Shown one piece after another: positions 1-8,900 of a stretch of 64,000 nt of DNA (its first letter is position 1; every line of letters starts with the position of its first letter). Source of the stretch: an uncultured delta proteobacterium. GTDB taxonomy: Bacteria; Myxococcota; Myxococcia; Myxococcales; 40CM-4-68-19. A model generated the notes under the pieces. That model saw only the letters and a program-made list of their open reading frames with translations. It ran no database searches and was not told the DNA's origin. A program made the position numbers and the translations under genes. The stretch covers positions 1-64,000 of the forward strand of contig CAIWCD010000001.1 in NCBI GenBank assembly GCA_903911145.1. Reading direction: 5' to 3'.

Positions 1-212
1 AGCCTGACGCGCCCGCGCCGGAATCCTCGCAGCCTGACGCGCCCGCGCCGGAATCCTCGCAGCCCGACGCGCCCGCGCCGGAATCCTCGCAGCCTGACGC
101 GCCCGCGCCGGAATCCTCGCAGCCTGACGCGCCCGCGCCGGAATCCTCGCAGCCTGACGCGCCCGCGCCGGAATCCTCGCAGCCCGACACGCCCGCGCCG
201 GAATCCTCGCAG
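1..212 (+). repeat. In-frame 30-bp tandem repeat, at least 7 copies, encoding QPDAPAPESS; runs off the window start
   Basis: Unit AGCCTGACGCGCCCGCGCCGGAATCCTCGC repeats at 1-210. Copies 3 and 7 have T>C at unit position 5; copy 7 also has G>A (PDT). The frame from position 3 continues without a stop into ORF 294..2849. Confidence 0.97.
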
Positions 213-2849
213 GACACAACTGCCCCGCAAGTTGTCGGGCGCATCGAGCTCGATCCGGATGACGGGTCGCCTCAGAACGCAAACTCCTACCAGGTGCCGA
301 CCTCCGCCAAGCTGACGCTTGCGTGGACTTCGACGAACGCCGCCAGCGTGAAGATCTCGGGGGTCGGAGACGGATTGCCGGAGAGCGGCTCCGCGGCCAT
401 TGCCACGGAGGAGGCGAGTTACTCACTGGTCGCGGTCGGAGCTGACGGAACCGAGTCGGTCGCGTCGGTTATCTCCGTCAGCACCCACGAAGACGGGGCA
501 GTGGTCTCCGGACACGCGGAGATCAGCTCTGGCGTTGCGGCGCTGATCTCATTTGCCGCGATGAAGGACGGCCAGGTCGTCACCTCCGCTGTGGTCGGCG
601 ACACGATTACACTGAGTGTCGTCGCTTCAGAATCTACGGATGAGATCTCCATCGAAGGCGCCTCTGCTGGCATCGCCGAGACGAGTGATGGACATCGGAA
701 GGCGAGCACGACGGTCACGCTGGGCGACGCGATGAGCGGGGACTTCAACTGCGACGTCAGCGTGAATGGAGTGGTTGGCGACAGCGGAAGCGTACATGTC
801 GACATCGGGGCCGCGCCGTGGGCGAACAATGGTGAGACGACGTCCAGCACGCCTCCGGAAATGGGAGCGCCTCCAGCCGACGGCACGCCGCCAACGAACA
901 CGCCCGAAGCTCCGCCAGTCGCGGCGGACGGAGGCGGAGCGGTAGAGAAGAGGGAGCCGCCCGAACTGGAGTTGGTGCTGGTTGATTCGGAAGGTGGGCA
1001 ACACGAAGAGGAGATGGAGCTCAAGCCAGGCCAGACAGGGCGTCTCGAGTGGACGGCGACCAACGCCACGCAAATCTTCGTCAACGGAAAGACCGTCGAC
1101 GCGCAGGGGGGAATGGATATCCCCTACAACGAGAAATATGCCGAGCCGGCGGTCTCGTTCGAAGTGGTTGCCTCAAATCCGGACAACGATCCGGTAACGA
1201 AAACGGCGAAAGTGAAGATGGAGGTCGCAACGGTCGCGGCCCCTCTCGATTTCCACCAATACCTCGATTTCCCGGGCCCCAAAGGGGCGTCATACGGCTA
1301 TTTCGAGGTCGAGAGCAGCGGGCTGCAGATTGAGTTTGCAGGGAAGTTCACGCCGCAGAATTCGACCATCATCGCAACCGCCGGATGGGACAACGGACTC
1401 GGACTCACGCTGTCGCACGAGTTCAAGGACGGCGCATGGAAGCTCGAGCCCAAGCTCAAGTTCCAGACGCCGATCGATGTCAGCGGCGACGACCCCGACA
1501 AGAGCAAGACCTGGGTGCAGATCAGCGGCGGGGCTGAGGGAAGCTACAGTTGGAGCAATGGATTCGCGGTCGCGTTGGAGATCCTGCTGATCGGCCTCAA
1601 GGTCAGCAAGGAGCCCGGCGGAAAGTGGGAGCACGAAGAAGGCTCGCTCGATTGCACGGCGAACGCCAACTGGACGGGCTCGTTGACCGTTGACCTTGGA
1701 AAATTCGAGGGCACCGTCAAGGTCAGTGGCAAGCTCGGGCTCAAGCCGGAGTGGGGCGAGATCTTCAAGCAGTTGCTGGAGAAGTACGGGGAAGATCTCG
1801 CGATCGACGTGATCATCGAACTGGCGATCGACCTGAGCATGGTCGCGGGCGGCATCTTCGCCATCGTCATCGCCTTCCAGTCGATCTTCGACACGATGGA
1901 ACTCGAGAGGATGCGCGACGAGACGATTCCCAAGCTCACTGACGCGACCGCTCAGGGATATTTGGACGGTGTGAATGGCAAGGAGGACGGGAAGCCAGAC
2001 AGCGAGGATCCCGACATGAAGAGCGCCTACTCAGCCGGACTCGCGGCGGGTAGCAACAAGCGTGCAACGATTATCACGTATAAGTGCAGCGGAGATGCGG
2101 GCAGGTTCGACGAGTGGCTCGCGAAGAATGTGGATGAACTCACATCGCACGTCCGTGCGCAGACGAAGGAGAAGCTGCAGAAGGATATGTGGACGTATAA
2201 GGCCGATGGATATGCGGGAAGTTGGAAGCGGGTCCTTCCTGGCTCCGACGGCATGACCCAGAATGATCAGTACTATGCTTGGATATTCATCATCGGATTC
2301 GATTCGCCCAAACAGATGGGCGCCTCGTGGCACAAGCTCTGGCTCGATCATCGCGTATATAACGGGAGCGAGAGTCCCACGCTCTGGCCCGGCCGCAACG
2401 ACGGGGACTGGGGCGGAAACGCCAGCGCCACGCCGTCGCAGGACAGCGCCAGCCTCGACAGCCCCAGCCCCGACAGCGCTGCGGAGGATGCCGCTCCTCC
2501 TCCGCATAGGAAGGATCTCTATATGAGCTACGAGACCCTCAAGCTGTGCGAGGCGTCGATTGACGGTCTCAAGGTCAAGCGTAAATTCGCTACGAAGGCC
2601 CAGGCAGAAGCTGCGATCAAGAAATCCCGATTAAAGGGGGGGCATTCCGTATTGCCGCTTCAGTTCACAAGTCCTGCGAGCGACGCGCTCGTGAATGCTT
2701 GCGGTGGATACACGTTCCCAATCCGAAAGGATAAGAACGGAAACCGGCTACCGGACCTGCAGCTCGATGGTTGGCTGGCGTCCAACGGAAGCCGGATGTT
2801 CGTTCTCCTATCCGACGGCTCCGGTGCTATCGCGGAAGTCACCCTTTAA
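1..2849 (+). CDS. Large modular hypothetical protein, 5' partial: Pro/Ser repeats, Ig-like segments, beta-rich region, hydrophobic helix, basic C-terminal domain
   Basis: The reading frame is open from position 3 to TAA at 2847-2849, so the true start is upstream of the window. Two similar segments (LTLAWTSTNAASVKISG / GRLEWTATNATQIFVNG), Pro-rich linkers, hydrophobic stretch LSMVAGGIFAIVIAF. Confidence 0.8.
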   Translation, partial: PDAPAPESSQPDAPAPESSQPDAPAPESSQPDAPAPESSQPDAPAPESSQPDAPAPESSQPDTPAPESSQDTTAPQVVGRIELDPDDGSPQNANSYQVPTSAKLTLAWTSTNAASVKISGVGDGLPESGSAAIATEEASYSLVAVGADGTESVASVISVSTHEDGAVVSGHAEISSGVAALISFAAMKDGQVVTSAVVGDTITLSVVASESTDEISIEGASAGIAETSDGHRKASTTVTLGDAMSGDFNCDVSVNGVVGDSGSVHVDIGAAPWANNGETTSSTPPEMGAPPADGTPPTNTPEAPPVAADGGGAVEKREPPELELVLVDSEGGQHEEEMELKPGQTGRLEWTATNATQIFVNGKTVDAQGGMDIPYNEKYAEPAVSFEVVASNPDNDPVTKTAKVKMEVATVAAPLDFHQYLDFPGPKGASYGYFEVESSGLQIEFAGKFTPQNSTIIATAGWDNGLGLTLSHEFKDGAWKLEPKLKFQTPIDVSGDDPDKSKTWVQISGGAEGSYSWSNGFAVALEILLIGLKVSKEPGGKWEHEEGSLDCTANANWTGSLTVDLGKFEGTVKVSGKLGLKPEWGEIFKQLLEKYGEDLAIDVIIELAIDLSMVAGGIFAIVIAFQSIFDTMELERMRDETIPKLTDATAQGYLDGVNGKEDGKPDSEDPDMKSAYSAGLAAGSNKRATIITYKCSGDAGRFDEWLAKNVDELTSHVRAQTKEKLQKDMWTYKADGYAGSWKRVLPGSDGMTQNDQYYAWIFIIGFDSPKQMGASWHKLWLDHRVYNGSESPTLWPGRNDGDWGGNASATPSQDSASLDSPSPDSAAEDAAPPPHRKDLYMSYETLKLCEASIDGLKVKRKFATKAQAEAAIKKSRLKGGHSVLPLQFTSPASDALVNACGGYTFPIRKDKNGNRLPDLQLDGWLASNGSRMFVLLSDGSGAIAEVTL

Positions 2850-3022
2850 TCGGGCCCCGACGACGGTCATTGGTCAAGATGTCGAGCGACGCGAACCGGC
2901 CATCGCTGCGCCACGAGAGAATCAAGACCACAGAGAGATCAGCGCACCGCCCATTGGCTTTTGCCGACGCAGGCCTCCGGCGGCCTTGTCTTGCACACCG
3001 ACTCCAGAGATAGTCGGGTGCG

Positions 3023-3997
3023 ATGATCTTCCTATCAGCGGCCTCCGACCACCCCTACTATCACTGGCAAGTCGAGGTATTGATCCTCAACTTCATGCGG
3101 CTGGGGATCAACCCCAATCACATCGAGGTCGTCTTCTGTTACCAGGGTCGCGTATCCGATTCAGGCCGCGCGCTCGCGAATGCCTATCCGTTCGTGCGCG
3201 TCTTCTTCTATGAGAATACCATCGGTGATAACGGCGGATATGCTCCGCTCTGCCGCCCGCATGTCCTGGCGAAGCATTTCGATGCTTATCCCAATTTAAG
3301 CCGGGAGACGATCTTCTATCACGACACCGATATCCTTTTCCGCGCCCTGCCCGACTTCGCGCGGCTCTCGGCGGATCGACTCTGCCATCTCTCCGATACC
3401 ATCAGCTATCTCGGCGCCAAGTATATCGATAGCAAGGGCGATGATATCCTCACGCGGATGGCGGATATCGTTGGTATCGAGCCGCATCTCGCCGTCGAGA
3501 ACGAGCGCGATTCAGGCGGCGCGCAATATCTCCTCAAGAATATCGACGCGGACTATTGGCGGAAGGTCGAGCGCGATTGCAAGGCGCTCTATGTCTATTT
3601 CGCTGCGCGCGAAGAGGAGGAGCGCAAGTCGCTCACGCCCGAGCAGTTGAAGACGTATAATCCGATCCAGAAGTGGTGCGCGGATATGTGGGCCGTGCTC
3701 TGGAATCTCTGGGCGCGCGGGCTGCAGACGCGGGTTGAACCCAATCTATCATTCAGCTGGGCGACGAGCGCGGCGCCCGAATGGGAACGGCATACCATCT
3801 ACCATAACGCCGGCATTACCGAGGATCTCAAGGCGACCCACTTCTATAAGGGTGAATTCATCCATCGCGATCCCTATGCGGCCGATTTGAGCTATGTGCG
3901 CCGCGACAACTGCAGCTGGCATTACGCACAGGCGATTCTCACCGCGAAGGAAGAGCGGAAGAAGCATCGCCGGGCCGCGGGGCAGAACGTCGAATAG
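3023..3997 (+). CDS. Putative GT-A fold glycosyltransferase resembling plant HPAT/SRGT (GT95/GT96-like)
   Basis: Motifs SDHPYYHWQ, GYAPLCRP, DxD in YHDTDILF and WCADMWA occur in the same order as the HPAT/SRGT blocks I recall. No signal peptide. Confidence 0.6.
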   Translation: MIFLSAASDHPYYHWQVEVLILNFMRLGINPNHIEVVFCYQGRVSDSGRALANAYPFVRVFFYENTIGDNGGYAPLCRPHVLAKHFDAYPNLSRETIFYHDTDILFRALPDFARLSADRLCHLSDTISYLGAKYIDSKGDDILTRMADIVGIEPHLAVENERDSGGAQYLLKNIDADYWRKVERDCKALYVYFAAREEEERKSLTPEQLKTYNPIQKWCADMWAVLWNLWARGLQTRVEPNLSFSWATSAAPEWERHTIYHNAGITEDLKATHFYKGEFIHRDPYAADLSYVRRDNCSWHYAQAILTAKEERKKHRRAAGQNVE

Positions 3998-4207
3998 CGG
4001 GAAGCAAGGGGCGCGACGCGCGCGCGGAGGGCGCGCCAGGAGGGCGAGACCCCAGCGGCGGCAGCAGCGTCGCCGGAGTGAAGTTGATCGGCGCCTGCAT
4101 CGCGCCATTTTTGGATCGCCGTCGTCCCTGCCAGCTTGTGCTAGAACCCGCCGCCGATTCGCGCGCCCTCACGCGCGAAACCAATCAAGCCGCTGGAGCT
4201 TGCACAC

Positions 4208-5872
4208 ATGCTCGACGCCATTACCAAAGGGTTTCGCACCGCCAAGAACAAGCTCACGGGCAAGGCGGAGCTGACCGAAGAGAACATCGACGATGCGCTG
4301 CGCGACATCCGCGTTGCGCTGCTCGAGGCTGACGTCGAGCTGGGCGTCGCGCGGCGGTTCCTCGCGCGCGTGAAGGACAAGGCGCTCGGCGAAGTGGTGC
4401 AGGTCAAGACCGAGGACAAGAAGGGCAAGAAGTTCCAGGTCGCGCCGGGCGATCACTTCATCAAGATCTGCCACGACGAGCTCGAGGCCTTGATGGGCCC
4501 GGTCGATACGTCGCTGGTGCTGCCCAAGCCGGGCAGCGCGGGCGAGCGGCCGGCGGGCATCATGATGGTCGGTCTGCAGGGGTCCGGCAAGACGACGACG
4601 ACGGCGAAGCTCGCCAACTATCTTCTCAAGCAGGGCCGCAAACCCTTGCTGGTGGCGGCTGACATCTATCGCCCGGCCGCGGTCGAGCAGCTCAAGCAGC
4701 TCGGTGCGCGCCTCGATGTGCCGGTCTTCCACGAGGAGGGCGTGCGTCCCGCCGACATGTGCAGGAACGCGCTCGCGTTCGCCGGGACGAAGAATCGCGA
4801 CGTCATCCTCTACGACACCGCGGGCCGCCTCGCGATCGACGAGGAGATGATGCAGGAGCTCGAGCAGATCAAGAGCAACTGCGCGCCGGAGAATATTCTG
4901 CTCGTCGCCGACGCGATGATCGGCCAGGACGCAGTGAAGACAGCGGGCGAGTTCGATCGCCGGCTCGGGATCTCCGGCTTCATCCTCACCAAGCTCGACG
5001 GCGATGCGCGCGGCGGCGCGGCGCTCTCGATCAAGGACGTCACGGGCAAGCCGATCAAGTTCCTCGGCATGGGCGAGTCGCTCGACAAGCTCGAGGAGTT
5101 CCGGCCCGAGGGCATCGCCAGCCGCATTCTCGGGTTCGGCGACATCGTCGGCCTGATGAAGGACTTCGAGGGAGTCGTCGACGAAGAGAAGGCCGAGGAG
5201 GACGCGGAGAAGATCCTCTCGGGCAACTTCAACCTCAACGACTTCGTCGAGCAGATAAAGCTGGTGAAGAAGATGGGCTCGGTCTCCGAGCTGCTCGAGA
5301 AGTTCCCGCTCTTCGGCGAGCTGCCCGAGGGCGTGAACTTCGACGACAAGGAGCTCGGCCGCGTCGAGGCGATCATCGGCTCGATGACGCGCAGTGAGCG
5401 CGCGCACGCCGAGACGTTCTTCAAGCCGCGGCAGGACGGCATGGCGACGATCGGTCACGATCGCGTCGAGCGCATCGCAAAGGGCTCGGGCCAGCCGCGC
5501 AACACCGTGTACGGCCTGCTCGCGCGCTTCTTCGCGATGCAGAAAGTGATGAAGCAGATCGGAGGAGGGCCAGGCGGTGCAGGAATGGGACTGCTCTCGC
5601 GCCTCCCCGGATTCCGCCAGCTCGCGCAGCTCAAGGCGCTCAAAGGGATGGACCCGTCGGAGATGGCCGGAATGTTCGGTCTCCCGGAGATGGGCGGAGC
5701 GCTCCCGGCCGCTGGTGGCAAGGGTTCGCACGCCGCAGCGATGGCGCGGGCCCGCCTGATGGGATTCGGTGGTGCACCTGCGCGCGTCATCTCCGACGAG
5801 GAGAAGCGGAAGATGCGCGACAAGAAGAAGGCCGAACGCCAGAACAAGAAGAAGGCCCGCAAGAAGCGATAG
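4208..5872 (+). CDS. ffh: Signal recognition particle protein Ffh
   Basis: ALLEADV, GLQGSGKTTT, DIYRPAA, DTAGR, TKLDGDARGG, M domain with GSMT and RIAKGSG, basic tail. Confidence 0.98.
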   Translation: MLDAITKGFRTAKNKLTGKAELTEENIDDALRDIRVALLEADVELGVARRFLARVKDKALGEVVQVKTEDKKGKKFQVAPGDHFIKICHDELEALMGPVDTSLVLPKPGSAGERPAGIMMVGLQGSGKTTTTAKLANYLLKQGRKPLLVAADIYRPAAVEQLKQLGARLDVPVFHEEGVRPADMCRNALAFAGTKNRDVILYDTAGRLAIDEEMMQELEQIKSNCAPENILLVADAMIGQDAVKTAGEFDRRLGISGFILTKLDGDARGGAALSIKDVTGKPIKFLGMGESLDKLEEFRPEGIASRILGFGDIVGLMKDFEGVVDEEKAEEDAEKILSGNFNLNDFVEQIKLVKKMGSVSELLEKFPLFGELPEGVNFDDKELGRVEAIIGSMTRSERAHAETFFKPRQDGMATIGHDRVERIAKGSGQPRNTVYGLLARFFAMQKVMKQIGGGPGGAGMGLLSRLPGFRQLAQLKALKGMDPSEMAGMFGLPEMGGALPAAGGKGSHAAAMARARLMGFGGAPARVISDEEKRKMRDKKKAERQNKKKARKKR

Positions 5873-5902
5873 GCCTTGCTGCATCTGGCCGTGAGTGGGC
5901 TC

Positions 5903-5931
5903 TTGTCGAGTCCGCGCGGCTCCCGTACTAT
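5903..5931 (+). promoter_or_regulatory. Sigma70-type promoter for the lipoprotein gene
   Basis: TTGTCG (5903-5908), 17-nt spacer, TACTAT (5926-5931); GGAG at 5976-5979 precedes ATG 5986. Confidence 0.6.
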
Positions 5932-5985
5932 TCGCCGCCTGAAAAAAATTCTGCCTCTGCAAGCCGCTCTCATTTGGAGTCACGC

Positions 5986-8900
5986 ATGACCCGCTCGTTC
6001 CAATCCTTCTCTGCGGTCACGGCGCTCGCCGCCGCGCTCCTGCTCACCGCCTGCGGTCCTTCGACCAAACCGCCTCCGGGGTTCACGAGCTGTGCAAGCC
6101 CTGAGGTGATCTGCCTGCCTCCCGGCGGTGGAGCGGCCGCGTGCATCAACATCGCGAACGATCCGAACAACTGCGGCGGATGCGGGAACGTCTGCGAAGC
6201 GCCCGGGTTCGGCGGCACCGCGACCTGCGTGCTCGGCTCATGCACTCCCGTCTGCCCGGGCAGCGAAACGGTCTGCGGCATCGGCCCGAGCGGCCACGCG
6301 GGCCGTTCGCTCAGCGACGATGCAGGAGTGTCCGATGCGGGCACCTCGGACGCCGGCGCCTCGGATGCTGGTGCGGGCACCGGCTCGACCACCGTCGCGA
6401 CACTCGTCTGCATCGACACCGCGACCGACCCGAACCACTGCGGCGAGTGCGACACCCGCTGCCTCGACACGCAGGTCTGCCACGCCGGCGCCTGCGTGCC
6501 TGCCGGCATCCCCGGCCAGGGCGCGACCGCATGCGGAACCCAGGCCGACGGCGGCGTCATCTACAAGAACCTCGAGATCGATCCGCTCAACTGCGGCGCC
6601 TGTGGGAACGCCTGCGCTGCGAACGAGATCTGCCTCGGCGGCGCGTGCGATCCGTGCGGGTTCGAGGCCTGCAACAACACCTGCGTCGACCTCAACACCG
6701 ACCCGAACAACTGCGGCGCGTGCGGAGTCGCGGTGGCCGCGGGCGGTTCGTGCAACAACGGCAAGCCCTGGACGGTGCCGGTCGTCTCGATCGCGACGCC
6801 GACGACACTGACGCTCTCGGCGCCGCTGATCCCCGCGGGCCTCCCGACCATCGGCGTCACTGTCGAGTCGGGCGTGCGACTCGCAAGCGTCCAGGTCGTG
6901 GCTGTCCTCTCCGTCTTCACGAACAACAACACGACGCTCACCGTCACCACCAGCAACCCGCTCAAGCTGCAACTCACCGGCGACGCGAACGTCTCGCCGA
7001 CGACCTGGTCCTTTCCCTGGAACACGAGCGACCTCGGGCAGGGGCTGACGATTGCGTCGACGCTGGTGAACAACGCTCCTTCCGGCTCGGTGAACGGGCC
7101 GATGACAGCGATCCCGGCAACTCCGAACGGGGGCACGGCCGCGAATGTCAAGCTGACGTTCACTGCGTTTGACGAGCAGTACATGGCCGGCCGCTCGGAT
7201 GCCGCGAGCCACGAGTCCGTTGCGCTCGTCGTGAACAGCAACGTCGCAACCGTGCAGACGTTCACCAGCCAGCCGCTCGCGCCCCCGACCATGGAGACTC
7301 CGGCCCGCGCCCTCGCGACGGGTTCGTGGGTTCCGCTCAACGGCGCGCCTATCACCATCCACCAGTCGCTCGCCACGACGTCGACGCTGAGCACGTTGAC
7401 GCCTTCGAACATCGTTGGCGTGGAGTTCCACTCGATGGTCACCGCGCAGGACGTAACGCTCGGAGGAACCAACTCGGTGATCCCGATCAGCAACACCGGC
7501 CCCGCGGCGATCACCGTGAATCCGAATGACCTCGGCGTCGGCGTGCGCACCATCCAGGCGAAGCTGGTCGATATCTTCGGCAACCGCCTCGTCGGCGGCC
7601 CGACCGTCACGCTCACGGTCGGCGACGTCCGCACAGCGCCCGGAACGCTCCCGGTACTCGCGCACGGCACCGATGGCATCGACGCGATCTGGATGTATTC
7701 GCCCAACGTCGCGTCGGCGGCCTGCGGGACGGTCGCGCCGATCTTTGCGCAAGACGCGACGAAGACTGCGGCAGACCCGACCAAGGTTGGCTCCGCGATC
7801 GGAACGGCGAGCTACTGCCTCGGCAAGGAGCTGGTCGAGACGTTCGAATCGAGCGGCGTGTTCGGCATTCGCGCGGACGGCACCGGCATCGATCGGCTCG
7901 ACGCGATGAAGCCACCCGCAACGACTCCCTACATCGCCGCGCCGCAGGGCGTGACGTTTGCGAACATCGAGTCGAGCAGCATCAGCGGGCAAGCGCTCGC
8001 GGTCGAAGACACGACAGGAAGCCCCTGGTACGCGATCGCGGGCGCGGATGGTGGCGACGCAGCGCCCGAGCAGATCGCCGATGCGGGCGCGGTCGTCCCG
8101 GTCGCGTCGTTCACGGGCACCCCGGCCGCAAGGTTCACCGCGAGCAGCTCCGGTGCGCTCTGGGGCTGGGTCCGCTCGACACCAGCGAGCAGCACCCAGT
8201 ACCAGCTCGCGCTCTTCCATCCTGCGATCGGCAACGCCGGGGCGCACATCAAGAGCTACGCGGCAGCGGCCTCTTCGACGCCGACTGCAATGACTGTCTT
8301 CCCCGGCGGCGAATACGTCTGGCAGGAGACGACGAACACGGGCGTGATCTCGCTTGGCGCGGGACGCTTCGATGGCGTCAATCCTCCGGTCGATGTCACG
8401 AACGGCAGCTTGACCGTTGCGGGAACGGCGGCCACGTACGCGGGCGATGCATTCCCGGTTGGATACAAGGCGACGACCGGCATCGCCAGCAACAGCGCGG
8501 GCGGATTCTTCGTGCCGAAGGCGGGCGTGATCGTTGGGTACACGCCGTCGGCGACAACCACGACCGCGACGATCAACCCGGCCGGCCGCGCGAATCGGAA
8601 CACCGCCGCGGTCGTGCCCGCGGGCAACGAGATCATCGAGATCGATCTGACCGGCGCCACCGCGAAGATCTACCAGCCGCTGCAGATGAACCTGAATACG
8701 ACCAACGCCAGGCCGCTCGTCGGCAACCTCGGCGCAGTCGCATCGCGTTGGGGCGTCTCGACGTTCACCGTGAGCGACGATCAGACCAAGGTGCTCTTCG
8801 TCACCTCCGACCCGGTGACGGGCGGGCCGAACACGTTCAGCGTGCACCTGCTCGATCTGGCGACTGGAACGCAGACGCAGCTCTTCACCTCGCCCTATCT

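Noticed and set aside
1..212. 30-bp repeats as a CRISPR array
   Set aside because: The units are head-to-tail with no spacers, lie in frame in a CDS, and there are no cas genes.
3998..4207. SRP RNA (ffs) beside ffh
   Set aside because: No conserved SRP domain IV motif in either flanking intergenic region.
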